Of a DNA stretch of 64,000 nt, positions 32,510 to 43,342 are shown piece after piece. Every line of letters starts with the position of its first letter. The stretch's first letter is position 1. The stretch covers positions 1,920,001-1,984,000 of the forward strand of contig CAWJMB010000002.1 in NCBI GenBank assembly GCA_963843845.1. Reading direction: 5' to 3'. The notes beneath the pieces are model-generated. The model had not been told where the DNA came from and did no database searches. It was given only the letters and a program-made list of their open reading frames with translations. The translations under genes were made by a program, and so were the position numbers. This DNA is from an uncultured Gemmatimonadaceae bacterium. Lineage in GTDB: Bacteria; Gemmatimonadota; Gemmatimonadetes; Gemmatimonadales; Gemmatimonadaceae.

Positions 32510-33539
32510 ATGAGTGACGTCGGATGGGCGCGGACGACGGTGGGCACAGGTCCGCCGAGCGTCGTCGTGTTTCAGGGCGTCGAGCGCGCACTGCCGGATG
32601 TCGTGAGGCGATGGGTCGCGTCGCTCGACGCTCGAGTCGAGCGCGTCACGACTGACGACGGCTTGATGGCACTGGTGATGCGCGGTCGTCCGCTGGTGGT
32701 CCTCGTCGACGCACGCGGCGCGGCCCACGGCGAGTTCGCGGGAGCGGTCGCAGCGATCGGGCGGACCAAGGCGGACGCGTTCACCGGCGTCATTCCGCTC
32801 GCCGCGATCACCGACAGCGCCGAGCGAACGGCTGTGCTGCTGAACGCGGGGGCCGACGAGGCGGTCGCGACGTCGGCATCGGAAGCAGAGTGGGAGGCGC
32901 GACTCGGAGCGTTGATGCGCCGATCGACCCGCGACATGGGCGTGCATCCGACCACGCGGCTCCCGGGCACGACGGAGATCGAGGCACGCCTCGAGCGGTG
33001 CATCGCGGCCGGCGTATCGTTCGCGACGTGCTACGCGGACCTGGATCACTTCAAAGAGTTCAACGATCGCTACGGCTACAACGAAGGCGACCGGGTGATT
33101 CGCATGGTCGCGCTCATCCTGCACGACGTCGTCGCCGGCGCGACCGGCGAGGGGGGCTTCGTCGGTCACATCGGCGGAGACGATTTCATCTTCATCGTAC
33201 CGCTCGACGTGATGCCGACCGTGTGCGAGCTGGTCGTCGAGACGTTCGAGCTCGCTCGTGCCGTACCAGTACAGCGAGGCCGACCGGCGCGCCGGTTACT
33301 ATTTCGGCAAGGACCGTCGGGGCATGTTGCACCGCGTGCCGCTGATGAGCCTGTCCATCGGCGTGGTGACGAACGAGCGGCGCGCGTTCACTCGAGCGTC
33401 GCAAGTCAGCGCCCTCGCGTCCGAGATGAAGAGTTATGCGAAGGCGCAGACCGGTTCCGGGTATTCGGTCGATCGCCGCAACGAGCCACCGCCTGACCCG
33501 CCGCGCGACGCGAGCCGCCGCGCCGAGGAGCGCACGTGA
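32510..33539 (+). CDS. GGDEF-family diguanylate cyclase (GGDDF) with a degenerate receiver-like N-terminus; apparent frameshift near 33250
   Basis: AGADE, HPTTRLPG, YADLDHFKEFNDRYGYNEGD and GHIGGDDF. The C-terminus DRRG...PLMSLSIGVV...MKSYAK is in ORF 33258..33539. Confidence 0.85.
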
Positions 33540-34196
33540 ACGTTCGCTGTCCGGAGTGCGAGAGCGTGTTCCGCGTCGACCCGGCGAAGGTGCCGTCGCG
33601 CGGCGTGCGCGCACGCTGCTCGGTGTGCGGGGCCGTCGTCACCGTCGCGAGCACGCCGACCGCCTCGCTGTGGGCCTCCCCCGACAACGTGCCGGCGGCG
33701 CGGTACACGCCGCCGCCCGCCGCCGCACAGCCCGAGTCGTCGCCGGCTGAGGAGATCGCGCGGCAGCCGGCGGCTGTGAGCCGTCCCCGCCCGAGTCGGC
33801 GGCGCCTCCCACGCTCCCCGCGCCTTCCGAGCCACGCACGCCGCCGCGTCCCCCTCGGTGCCGGTGCCCTCCGCGCCGCCGGCGCCCCCGCGCCGTCCGC
33901 GCCCTCGCGCCGCCGGCCCGCCGCGCGTGCGTCCGGTGAACCCGTATCTCGCGAACGACCCGGCGCAGAAGGCGCGGCGGCTGGCGCGCGCGCTCGTGTC
34001 GGACCTCGTGGCGTACCACCCGCAGCGCCGCGAGGAAGGGCTGCGCAACGGCGCGCTCAAGGAGCTGTTTCGTGACGAGATCCGGAAGAGCTACGAGGAA
34101 TACGTCGAGCAGGTCGGCAGCGCGCTCGCCGGATCGACGCCGTACTTCCGTGACGCGCTCAACGACGTCCTCGCCGGGGGCGGCAAGGTGTTCTAG
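33536..34196 (+). CDS. MJ0042-type zinc-ribbon protein with a Pro-rich linker and C-terminal RomX-like helical domain (indel(s) in the linker)
   Basis: N-terminal VRCPECESVFRV...VRARCSVC in ORF 33536. C-terminal KARRLARALVSDLVAY...EIRKSYEEY...FRDALNDVL in ORF 33858..34196. GTGA coupling to the GGDEF gene. Confidence 0.7.
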
Positions 34197-34256
34197 CGGC
34201 GGCCGCGCGCGTGCCCGGGACGCGCTATATTTTCGCAGCGCGACTCGCGCTGACGA

Positions 34257-34300
34257 GAAGCGGGCCGCTCCCTACGGGGACGCGGCCCGCTTCGTTCTTC
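34257..34300 (+). terminator. Strong hairpin between the zinc-ribbon gene and prfB
   Basis: GAAGCGGGCCGCTCCC-TACG-GGGACGCGGCCCGCTTC followed by GTTCTTC. Confidence 0.55.
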
Positions 34301-34348
34301 GGCAACGCGGTCCGACGTCGCTCACTCAACGTACCGCGGAGATCGACG

Positions 34349-35478
34349 ATGGCAGATCACGACACGACGCGACAGCTCGAACAGCAGTCGGAGCGGGTTG
34401 CCGAACTGCGGAGGTATCTTTGACGTCGACGGCCGGCGGGAGCGACTGGAGCGACTCGACGCGCAGATGAGCGAGCCTGGCTTCTGGGAACGTCAGGAGC
34501 GGGCGCAGGAGGTCGTGCAGCAGGTGAAGGAGCTGCGCGGCTGGATCGAGCCGTACGACGCCGTCGATCAGCGCGTGCATGGCGCGCAGCGAGCTGCATG
34601 GAGCTGCTCGATGCGGAGCCCGACGCCGACATGTCGGCGGATCTCGTGCGCGAGATCGACGCGATCGAGGAGACGCTGTCGAGCGTTCGAGCTGCGGTCG
34701 CTCCTACAGGGGCCGGACGACTTCCGAGACGCGCAGGTCGAGATCAGCGCCGGCGCCGGTGGGACGGAGGCGCAGGACTGGGCGCAGATGCTCATGCGCA
34801 TGTACACGCGATGGGCCGAGCGACGCGGATTCGAGATCGAGATCCTCGATCTGTCCGAGGGCGAGGAGGCAGGGATCAAGGGCGCCGTGCTCGAGATCCG
34901 CGGCCACTACGCGTTCGGATTCCTTCGCGCCGAGACGGGGGTGCACCGCCTCGTGCGCATCTCGCCGTTCGACGCGCAACGCACGGCGCCACACGAGCTT
35001 CGCCTCGATCTTCGTCTATCCGGTCGTGAACGAGGAGATCAACATCGAGATCCGCGAGGAGGACATCAAGATGGATGTCTTCCGAGCGTCAGGCGCCGGC
35101 GGGCAGCACGTCAACAAGACCAGCTCGGCGGTCCGCCTCACGCACATCCCGAGCGGCGTGGTCGTGTCGTCGCAACAGGAGCGGTCGCAGTTCAAGAACC
35201 GCGCGACCGCGATGAAGATGCTCAAGAACAAGCTCTACAACATCGAGCTGGAGAAGCAGCTCGCCGCGAAAGATGCGCTGAACGCGACGAAGGACGCCGT
35301 CAGCTTCGGGAGCCAGATCCGGAGCTACGTCTTCCAGCCGTACACGATGGTGAACGATCATCGAACGGAGCTCAAGATTCCTGACGTGCAGAAGGTGATG
35401 GACGGCGCGATCGACCCGTTCGTCGAAGCGTATCTGAAGGCGTTCGGTGCCGGCGCGCGACGGGAGCCTGCGTCGTGA
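34349..35478 (+). CDS. prfB: Peptide chain release factor 2 with programmed +1 frameshift, plus several apparent assembly indels
   Basis: LRRYL-stop at CTT TGA C (34418-34424). [33 protein letters not shown] and GSQIRSY are spread across frames. Confidence 0.96.
34409..34424 (+). other. prfB programmed ribosomal frameshift site
   Basis: CGGAGGTATCTTTGAC: internal SD-like GGAGG, then CTT TGA C. Confidence 0.93.
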
Positions 35479-37019
35479 GCGAGCGCGACGAAGTGACCGG
35501 GGAAGAGCTGAGTCAGCTCTTGCGCGCGCGGCGCGACAAGCTGCACGCACTCATCGAACGGGGCGTCGAACCGTTCGCGTATCGCTTCGATCGCACGCAC
35601 ACCACGGTGGCGGCGATCAGCGACTTCGAAGCGCGCGAGGAGTCGACGGCGGTCGAGGCGAGAGGCGACGTCGAGGGGCCTGCGGCGCGTATCGCCGGCC
35701 GGCTGACGTCGTGGCGGTCCCAGGGGAAGACGGCGTTCGCACACCTCGCCGACGGCGCCGGCCGCGTCCAGTTGTACTTCCGCCGAGACGTCGTCGGAGA
35801 CGACGTGTTCGATCTGCTGCGCCAGCTCGTCGACATCGGTGACGTCGTCGGCCTGGACGGAACGATGTTCCGCACGCGCATGGGCGAGGTGACGCTGCGC
35901 GTGGAGCGCGTCGAACTGCTCGCCAAATCGCTGCGGCCGCTGCCGTTCGCGAAAGAGCAGACGGTCGACGGCGCGACGGTGCGCTACTCGGCGTTCAGCG
36001 ACGACGAACAGCGGTACCGGCAACGCTATGCGGATCTCGCCGTGCATCCCGAGGTGCGTGCGTCGTTCGTCGGACGGGCGCGCATGGTGACGGCGATCCG
36101 CGCGTATCTCGACGGGCTCGACTACGTCGAGGTCGAGACGCCGGTGCTGCAGCCGCTCTACGGCGGCGCCGCGGCGCGGCCCTTCACGACGCATCACAAT
36201 GCCCTCGACATGCCGCTCTTCCTGCGCATCGCGGACGAGCTGTATCTGAAGCGACTGATCGTCGGGGGCTTCGAGCGCGTGTACGAGATCGGGCACGACT
36301 TCCGGAACGAGGGGATCGATCGGACGCACAACCCCGAGTTCACGATGCTGGAGTTCTACGAGGCGTACGCCGATTACACCGTGATGATGGAGCGCGTCGA
36401 GCGGCTCATCGCGCGTGCGGCGGACGCGCTGCGTACGGTACCGACGCTGGTGGACCGCGTGCCGGCGCTGACACCGCCGTTTCCACGCATCGAGTGGGTG
36501 GGGTCGCTCAATCGCGCGTTCGGGAGCGACGTACTCGCACTCGACGACTCCGCCCTGCGGAACGCGGCCGCGCGAATCGGGGTTGAGAAGGTGGCGACGC
36601 TCAGCCGGCCGAAAGTGCTCGACGAGATGTTCCAGGCGCTCGTGGAGCGGACGATCGACACGCCGACCTTCGTCGTGGACTACCCGGTCGAGCTATCGCC
36701 GCTCGCGAAGCCGAAGCGCGGCGATCCGACGCTGACCGAGCGGTTCGAGCTGTTCGCGCGGGGGAGGGAGCTGGCGAACGCGTTCAGCGAGTTGAACGAT
36801 CCGATCGACCAGCGTCGGCGGTTCGAGGCGCAGGCGCGGCTCAAGGCGGCGGGGGACGACGAGGCGGTCGACGTCGACGAGGACTATCTGCGGGCGATGG
36901 AGTACGGGATGCCGCCGACGGGCGGCGTCGGGATCGGCATCGATCGGCTGTTCATGTACCTGACGGACACGGCGCACATCCGCGACGCGATCCTCTTTCC
37001 GCTCATGCGACCGGAGTGA
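35475..37019 (+). CDS. lysS: Lysine--tRNA ligase (class II)
   Basis: [39 protein letters not shown] and [16 protein letters not shown]. Confidence 0.98.
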   Translation: MSERDEVTGEELSQLLRARRDKLHALIERGVEPFAYRFDRTHTTVAAISDFEAREESTAVEARGDVEGPAARIAGRLTSWRSQGKTAFAHLADGAGRVQLYFRRDVVGDDVFDLLRQLVDIGDVVGLDGTMFRTRMGEVTLRVERVELLAKSLRPLPFAKEQTVDGATVRYSAFSDDEQRYRQRYADLAVHPEVRASFVGRARMVTAIRAYLDGLDYVEVETPVLQPLYGGAAARPFTTHHNALDMPLFLRIADELYLKRLIVGGFERVYEIGHDFRNEGIDRTHNPEFTMLEFYEAYADYTVMMERVERLIARAADALRTVPTLVDRVPALTPPFPRIEWVGSLNRAFGSDVLALDDSALRNAAARIGVEKVATLSRPKVLDEMFQALVERTIDTPTFVVDYPVELSPLAKPKRGDPTLTERFELFARGRELANAFSELNDPIDQRRRFEAQARLKAAGDDEAVDVDEDYLRAMEYGMPPTGGVGIGIDRLFMYLTDTAHIRDAILFPLMRPE

Positions 37020-37020
37020 C

Positions 37021-38331
37021 GTGGGCGTCGGCCTCTCGCCGTTAGGCACGCTGTCGTCGCGGGACCGAGCGCGCGAGCTGACGCGTCTCGAGCTCGCGAT
37101 CGCGTGGCGCTACCTCCGCAGCCGGCGCGGGTCGAGGTTGCTGTCGCTCATCTCGTTCATCGCGATCGGCGGCGTCATCGTCGGAGTCAGCGCGCTCATT
37201 CTCATCATGGGCGTGATGAACGGGCTGCAGCGCGATCTGCGCGACAAGATCCTCGTCGGGAGTCCGGACGTGCGCGTCGTGACGTACGGCGACAACCTCG
37301 TCATCAACGATTGGCGGGCGGCTCTCGCGCGTGTCCGGCGGTTTCCCGGAGTGACGGCCGCTGCGCCGGTCGTGCTGACACAGGCCATCGTGCGCAAGGA
37401 GAACGGCCTGTTCACGACGGGCGCGCAGATCGTCGGGCTGGAGCCGCAGGGCCCGGGCGTCGTCGACGTGACGTCGATCCGACAGCACGCGGTACTCGGC
37501 GACTTCCGCTTCGCGACGTCGGACCGAACGCACCGCGGGGTCGTGCTCGGTAAACGCCTCGCGGAGCAGCTCGGCTCGTGGCCGGGTGAGAAGGTCACCT
37601 TCGTCACCTCCGCCGGCGGCACGCTGAATCCCATCACCGGGATGCCGACCCCCGTGTTCCGCACGTTCGAGGTGACGGGCATCGTGGAGACGGGCATGTA
37701 CGAGTACGACAACACGTACGCCTACGTCGCGATGGACCACGCGCAGGAGCTCGCCGGGCTCGGTGGCGCCGTCAGCGCGCTCGAGCTCCGCACGCGCGAT
37801 CGGTGGGACGCGGATCGTGTCGCGGCCGCGCTGAACGACTCGTTGGGCTTTCCCTACCTCGCGAAGGACTGGCAGGAGCAGAACAGCTCGCTCTTCCAGG
37901 CGCTGAAGCTCGAGAAGCTCGGGATGAGCGTCATCCTGCTGCTCGTGGTGCTCGTCGCGGCGTTCAACATCGTGAGCACGCTGACGATGGTGGTGACCGA
38001 CAAGACGCGCGAGATCGGGATCCTGAAAGCGATGGGGATGCCGGCGCGGAGTGTCCGGCAGATCTTCCTGCTCCAAGGGCTCGTCATCGGCATCGTCGGC
38101 ACACTCGGCGGCGTACTGATCGGGCTGGCCGCATCGCTGGCCCTGGGCAAGTACCGGCTCATCAAGCTCGACCCGTCGGTGTATTTCATCGATCATCTCC
38201 CGGTCGCGACGCAGGTGAGCGACGTCGCGCTGACGATCGCGCTCAGCGTCGGGATCGCCGCGCTCGCGACGCTGTACCCCGCGGTGCAGGCGGCGAAGCT
38301 GTATCCGATCGAGGCGATCCGACATGACTGA
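37021..38331 (+). CDS. lolE: Lipoprotein-releasing ABC transporter permease LolC/E
   Basis: IAWRYL, MGVMNG, TGMYEYD, AAFNIVSTLTMVVTDKTREIGILKAMG and YPA...P.EAIR. Start approximate. Confidence 0.9.
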   Translation: MGVGLSPLGTLSSRDRARELTRLELAIAWRYLRSRRGSRLLSLISFIAIGGVIVGVSALILIMGVMNGLQRDLRDKILVGSPDVRVVTYGDNLVINDWRAALARVRRFPGVTAAAPVVLTQAIVRKENGLFTTGAQIVGLEPQGPGVVDVTSIRQHAVLGDFRFATSDRTHRGVVLGKRLAEQLGSWPGEKVTFVTSAGGTLNPITGMPTPVFRTFEVTGIVETGMYEYDNTYAYVAMDHAQELAGLGGAVSALELRTRDRWDADRVAAALNDSLGFPYLAKDWQEQNSSLFQALKLEKLGMSVILLLVVLVAAFNIVSTLTMVVTDKTREIGILKAMGMPARSVRQIFLLQGLVIGIVGTLGGVLIGLAASLALGKYRLIKLDPSVYFIDHLPVATQVSDVALTIALSVGIAALATLYPAVQAAKLYPIEAIRHD

Positions 38332-39031
38332 CGCGCCCGTGCTCGAGGCGATCGACGTCGTCAAGGAGTTCCGGGGCGGCGACGGGTCGCTGCTGCGGGT
38401 GCTCGACGGCACGAACCTCAGCGTCGAACGTGGCGAGATGGTCGCCGTCGTCGGTGCCAGCGGTGCCGGGAAGAGCACGTTGCTGCATGTGCTGGGCGCG
38501 CTCGAGCAGCCGACGTCGGGCGACGTGCGACTCTCCGGCACATCGATCGCGGGGCGCCGAGACGACGAGCTGGCGGCGATCCGGAACCGCACGGTCGGCT
38601 TCGTGTTTCAGTTCCATCACCTGCTGCGCGAGTTCAGCGCCCTCGAGAACGTGGCGATCCCGCTACGCATCGCCGGCGTCGGTGCGAACGACGCGCGCGA
38701 CCGCGCGGCGACGCGGCTGGCGCAGGTCGGGCTCGCGCCTCGCAGCGGTCATCGTCCGGGACAGCTGTCGGGCGGCGAGCAGCAGCGGGTCGCCGTCGCG
38801 CGCGCGCTCGCGGCGGAGCCGACGATCTTGCTCGCCGACGAGCCGTCGGGCAATCTGGATCATGCGAACGCCGAGCGGTTGCACGACTTGCTGGCACAGC
38901 TTGCTGGCGAGCTATCGCTCGGTGTCGTCGTCGTGACGCACAACCTGTCGCTCGCACGTCGGGCGGATCGCTCGCTCGTCCTCGAGGACGGGCATCTGAA
39001 CGCGGCCGACGTGAGCGAGGTCCTGAATTGA
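38324..39031 (+). CDS. lolD: Lipoprotein-releasing ABC transporter ATP-binding protein
   Basis: [35 protein letters not shown] and ADEPSGNLD. Confidence 0.92.
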   Translation: MTDAPVLEAIDVVKEFRGGDGSLLRVLDGTNLSVERGEMVAVVGASGAGKSTLLHVLGALEQPTSGDVRLSGTSIAGRRDDELAAIRNRTVGFVFQFHHLLREFSALENVAIPLRIAGVGANDARDRAATRLAQVGLAPRSGHRPGQLSGGEQQRVAVARALAAEPTILLADEPSGNLDHANAERLHDLLAQLAGELSLGVVVVTHNLSLARRADRSLVLEDGHLNAADVSEVLN

Positions 39032-39070
39032 GCTGCGGTGGGCGAGTCGAGGGAGGGGGAGGGTCGTCGA

Positions 39071-39553
39071 ATGCTCTGTGAGAACTGTCGGGAGAACGAC
39101 GCCGTCGTGTATCTGACGAAGATCCAGGACAACGTCGTCACGCAGCAGAACCTGTGTGAGAAATGCGCGGCCGAGAAGGGCGTGGAAACGCCGTCGGCGA
39201 AGAAGAATCCCGTCAGCGATTTCCTGCAGGCAGTGCAGCAGAAGACGCTCGTGACGGGCGACGACGCGACGTGCCACTTCTGTCAGTCGACGTCGCGCGA
39301 TTTCCAGAAGACCGGGCGCCTGGGCTGCGCACGCTGCTACACGACCTTCGATCGGTCGCTGCGGGATCTTCTGCGGCGGCTGCACGGTAGCGCACGCCAC
39401 ACGGGACGGCGCTACGAGCCGCCAGCATCGGAGCTGATCGAGCGCGCCGGCTCGGTGGCGCAGCTGCGCGAGCGGCTCCGGCGCGCGATCGACACGGAAC
39501 AGTTCGAGCTGGCCGCGGAGCTACGCGACCGGCTGCGCGTGGTGGACTCGTGA
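39071..39553 (+). CDS. mcsA: McsA, activator of protein-arginine kinase (four CxxC plus UVR domain)
   Basis: CENC, CEKC, CHFC, GRLGCARCY, HG...HTG and EQFELAAELRD. Confidence 0.92.
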   Translation: MLCENCRENDAVVYLTKIQDNVVTQQNLCEKCAAEKGVETPSAKKNPVSDFLQAVQQKTLVTGDDATCHFCQSTSRDFQKTGRLGCARCYTTFDRSLRDLLRRLHGSARHTGRRYEPPASELIERAGSVAQLRERLRRAIDTEQFELAAELRDRLRVVDS

Positions 39554-40644
39554 GAGAGCGCACTGCAGCACTGGACCTCTCGCTGTTACCGGACGGCGGC
39601 GTGGCGTGGCTCGATGCGTCGGGAGATCACTCCGACGTCGTGCTGTCCACGCGAATCCGCCTCGCGCGGAACATCGAGGGCTACGCGTTCACCCCCCGCG
39701 CCCGCGACGGCGAGCGGCTGCGCGTGCTCTCGCAGATCCGCGAGGCCGTGCCTCAGGTGTCGAGCCTGCTCGGGAGCGTGCTCGTGCGCGTGGACGAGCT
39801 CACGACGGTCGACCGCCAGTTGCTTCACGAACGGCACCTCGTCAGCAAGGAGCTGGCGGGGCTCGAGGGCGCGCACGACGTGCGGACCGGCGCGGCGTTG
39901 CTCGTCGCCGAGCGCGTCAGCGTGATGGTGAACGAGGAAGACCATCTGCGCTTGCAGGCGCTGCGCTCCGGGCTCGCCGTGCACGAGGCGTACAAGGCGG
40001 CGTCGCAGCTCGACACCGAGCTGGGCGCACGGGTGCCGTACGCGTTTCACAGCGAGTTCGGCTTTCTCACCGCGTGTCCGACGAACACCGGCACGGGGAT
40101 GCGGGCGAGCGTCCTCATTCACCTGCCGGGGCTCGTGCTCACGAAGGAAATCTCGAAGGTGCTCGCCGGGCTGCAGCAGATGGGGCTGACCTATCGCGGC
40201 TTGTACGGCGAGGGGTCCGAGGTGGTCGGCAACTTCTTCCAGATCTCGAACCAGACGACGCTCGGTCGTCCGGAGGAGGAGCTGATCGACGACCTCACCA
40301 AGGTGGTCCAGAAAGTGATAGAGCGGGAGGAAGAGGCGCGGCGCGTCCTGTTACGCGACGCGGGCTATATTATCGAAGACAAGTTGTGGCGGGCCTACGG
40401 AACGCTGCGGTTCGCCCGGTCGCTCGGCCTCGAAGAGGCGATGAACCTTCTGAGCGGTGTGCGGCTCGCGGCCGGGCTGAAACTGATCAGTGGGCTCCGT
40501 GTATACACTCTCAACAAGCTCCTGATCTTCTGTCAGTCGGCGCACCTCGCACATGCGGAGGGGCACGCGCTCTCTGAGGCAGAGGCCTCTCAGGCCCGTG
40601 CTCGGTACGTGCGAGACGCGTTGGCGAGCGAAACGGGCGCGTAG
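39550..40644 (+). CDS. mcsB: Protein-arginine kinase McsB
   Basis: STRIRLARN, ERHLVS, MVNEEDHLR, GFLTACPTNTGTGMRAS and FQISNQTTLG. Confidence 0.95.
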   Translation: MRERTAALDLSLLPDGGVAWLDASGDHSDVVLSTRIRLARNIEGYAFTPRARDGERLRVLSQIREAVPQVSSLLGSVLVRVDELTTVDRQLLHERHLVSKELAGLEGAHDVRTGAALLVAERVSVMVNEEDHLRLQALRSGLAVHEAYKAASQLDTELGARVPYAFHSEFGFLTACPTNTGTGMRASVLIHLPGLVLTKEISKVLAGLQQMGLTYRGLYGEGSEVVGNFFQISNQTTLGRPEEELIDDLTKVVQKVIEREEEARRVLLRDAGYIIEDKLWRAYGTLRFARSLGLEEAMNLLSGVRLAAGLKLISGLRVYTLNKLLIFCQSAHLAHAEGHALSEAEASQARARYVRDALASETGA

Positions 40645-40674
40645 GGCCGCGTCAGGCCCGACCACGAGGGACAC

Positions 40675-43176
40675 ATGAACGGCTACAACTTCACCGAACG
40701 GGTGAGGAAAGTCCTCGCGATGGCTCGCGAGGAAGCCGCGCGGCTCCACCACGAGTACGTGGGCACGGAGCACATTCTGCTCGGCCTCATCCGTGAGGGT
40801 GAGGGCGTGGCGGCCGCGGTGCTGCAGAATCTCTCTGTCGACCTCGAGGAGATTCAGCAAAAGATCGAAGAGACGGTGAAGAAGGGGAAAGCGGCGCAGA
40901 CGACCGGTCCCGATCTTCCCTATACCTCGCGTGCGAAGAAGGTCCTCGAGTTGGCGATGGCCGAGGCTCGCGAGCTGAACCACAGCTATGTCGGGACCGA
41001 GCACCTGTTGCTCGGACTCCTGCGCGAGGAGAAGGGGATCGCCGCGCAGGTGCTGACCGACACGGGCGTGAACCTCGAGGCGGCGCGTGCGGAGACGCTG
41101 CGCCTGCTCGGGAACGAGGCGCCCCAGGCACAGGCCGGCGGCGCGGCGGACAAGGGCGGCTCGACGCCGCAGACGCCGCCGTCGAAGGGGGAGAAGAAGT
41201 CGAAGACCCCCGCGCTCGACCACTTCTGCCGCGACCTCACGTCACTCGCCGCCGAAGGGCAGCTCGATCCGACGATCGGGCGGGCGAAGGAGATCGAGCG
41301 CGTCATGGAGGTGCTGACGCGGCGCAAGAAGAACAATCCGGTGCTCATCGGCGAGCCCGGCGTCGGCAAGACGGCGATCGTCGAGGGACTCGCGCAGCTC
41401 ATCGCGAACGGCGAGTGCCCGGATTCGCTGCGCGACCACCGCGTGCTGTCGCTCGACATGGCAGCGGTCATCGCGGGGACCAAGTACCGCGGGCAGTTCG
41501 AAGAGCGGCTCAAGGCCGTGATGAACGAGATCGCGCAGAACAAGCAGATCATCCTCTTCATCGACGAACTGCACACGCTCGTGGGCGCGGGCGCCGCGGA
41601 GGGAGCGATCGACGCGAGCAACATGCTGAAGCCGGCGCTCGCGCGCGGGGAGCTGCAGTGTGTCGGTGCGTCGACCTTGAACGAGTACCGCAAGTACATC
41701 GAGAAGGACGGGGCACTCGAGCGGCGCTTTCAGACGGTCATCGTCGACCCGCCGTCGGTCGACGAGACGGTCGAGATTCTCAAAGGGCTGCGGAAGAAGT
41801 ACGAGGATCATCACCGCGTGACGATCCCCGACTCGACCCTCTGGTCGGCGGCGAAGCTCTCGGAGCGCTACATCACCGACCGCTTCCTTCCGGACAAGGC
41901 GATCGACGTCATCGACGAGGCCGGCGCACGCTCCCGGCTCGCGTCGCAGGCGCCGCCGCCGGAAGTCGCAGCGCTGAAGGAGGGACTGGACGCCGTGAAC
42001 GCGGAGAAGGAAGCCGCGGTGCGCGACCAGAACTTCGAGAAGGCGGCGTCGTTGCGCGACAAGGAGCGCGAGCTGCAGGGCGAGATCCGCAAGAAGCAGG
42101 AGGAGTGGGAGCAGCGCCGCCAGTCGCACCGCCCCGTGTTGGGCGAGGACGAGATCGCGTTCATCGTGTCGCGCTGGACAGGCGTGCCCGTGACGCGCCT
42201 GCAGGAGGCCGAGACGGCGCGGCTGCTCAGCATGGAAGAGGAGCTGCACAAGACCGTCGTGGGGCAGGACGAGGCGATCAAGGCGCTCAGCCGGTCGATT
42301 CGCCGGAGCCGCGCGGGGCTGAAGGATCCGAAGCGGCCGATCGGGACGTTCATCTTCTCCGGACCGACGGGCGTCGGGAAGACCGAGCTGGCGCGCGCGC
42401 TCGCGAAGTTCCTGTTCGCCGACGAGAGTGCGCTGATCCGGGTCGACATGAGTGAGTACATGGAGAAGTTCTCCGTGTCCCGGCTCATCGGCGCGCCGCC
42501 GGGCTATGTCGGCTACGAAGACTCCGGAACGCTCACGAAGGCGGTGCGGCGCAAGCCGTACAGCGTCGTGCTGCTCGACGAGATCGAGAAGGCGCACCCG
42601 GACGTGTTCAACATCCTGCTCCAGGTCCTCGACGAAGGGCACCTGACCGACAACTACGGGCGCATGATCGACTTCAAGAACACCGTCGTCATCATGACCT
42701 CCAACGTGGGCGCGAAGGACATCACGAAGAACCGCGCGCTCGGCTTCACGGCGAGCACGTCGCAGGCGAACTTCGACCGGATGCAGGAGAAGGTGAAGGA
42801 AGAGATGGGACGGGTCTTCAATCCCGAATTCCTGAACCGCCTCGACGACGTGATCGTGTTCCACTCGCTGTCGAAGGAGCAGATCGGATCCATCGTCGGC
42901 ATCCTGCTTCGCGACGTACAGAAGCGGCTCGGCGAGGAAGAGATCTCGCTCCGACTCACGGACGCAGCGAGCGAGTTCCTGGTGACGAAGGGGTATGACG
43001 AGGCGTACGGCGCCCGTCCGCTGAAGCGGTCGATCCAGCGCTACATCGAGGATCCGCTCTCCGAGAAGATCTTGCTCGGTGAGTTCTCGAAGGGTGACGA
43101 GATCGAGGTCGACCTCGCGCCGGAGAAGGACAGGCTCGAATTCCGCGTCGCGGCGAACACGACGAAAGCCTCGTAG
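40675..43176 (+). CDS. clpC: ATP-dependent Clp protease ATP-binding subunit ClpC
   Basis: Two GTEH N-domain repeats, GEPGVGKT, a UVR coiled coil (FEKAASLRD), GPTGVGKT, and the ClpP-docking LGF motif. Confidence 0.96.
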   Translation: MNGYNFTERVRKVLAMAREEAARLHHEYVGTEHILLGLIREGEGVAAAVLQNLSVDLEEIQQKIEETVKKGKAAQTTGPDLPYTSRAKKVLELAMAEARELNHSYVGTEHLLLGLLREEKGIAAQVLTDTGVNLEAARAETLRLLGNEAPQAQAGGAADKGGSTPQTPPSKGEKKSKTPALDHFCRDLTSLAAEGQLDPTIGRAKEIERVMEVLTRRKKNNPVLIGEPGVGKTAIVEGLAQLIANGECPDSLRDHRVLSLDMAAVIAGTKYRGQFEERLKAVMNEIAQNKQIILFIDELHTLVGAGAAEGAIDASNMLKPALARGELQCVGASTLNEYRKYIEKDGALERRFQTVIVDPPSVDETVEILKGLRKKYEDHHRVTIPDSTLWSAAKLSERYITDRFLPDKAIDVIDEAGARSRLASQAPPPEVAALKEGLDAVNAEKEAAVRDQNFEKAASLRDKERELQGEIRKKQEEWEQRRQSHRPVLGEDEIAFIVSRWTGVPVTRLQEAETARLLSMEEELHKTVVGQDEAIKALSRSIRRSRAGLKDPKRPIGTFIFSGPTGVGKTELARALAKFLFADESALIRVDMSEYMEKFSVSRLIGAPPGYVGYEDSGTLTKAVRRKPYSVVLLDEIEKAHPDVFNILLQVLDEGHLTDNYGRMIDFKNTVVIMTSNVGAKDITKNRALGFTASTSQANFDRMQEKVKEEMGRVFNPEFLNRLDDVIVFHSLSKEQIGSIVGILLRDVQKRLGEEEISLRLTDAASEFLVTKGYDEAYGARPLKRSIQRYIEDPLSEKILLGEFSKGDEIEVDLAPEKDRLEFRVAANTTKAS

Positions 43177-43195
43177 CGCGACTCGGCTCTCCGAA

Positions 43196-43237
43196 AAAAT
43201 CGGCGCCGGACGGGCAACCGTCCGGCGCCGATTTTCT
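43196..43237 (+). terminator. Intrinsic (bidirectional-type) terminator after clpC
   Basis: AAAATCGGCGCCGGACGG-GCAA-CCGTCCGGCGCCGATTTT, a perfect 18-bp stem. Confidence 0.9.
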
Positions 43238-43342
43238 GTCCCACGAAGTGATGCCGCCGGGCCTGAAAACGAGGAGGGCCGCAGCGCGAAAGTCGTTCGC
43301 GCGTGTGGACCTACGGGGTTCGGGGCCGTGTATATTCCGCCC

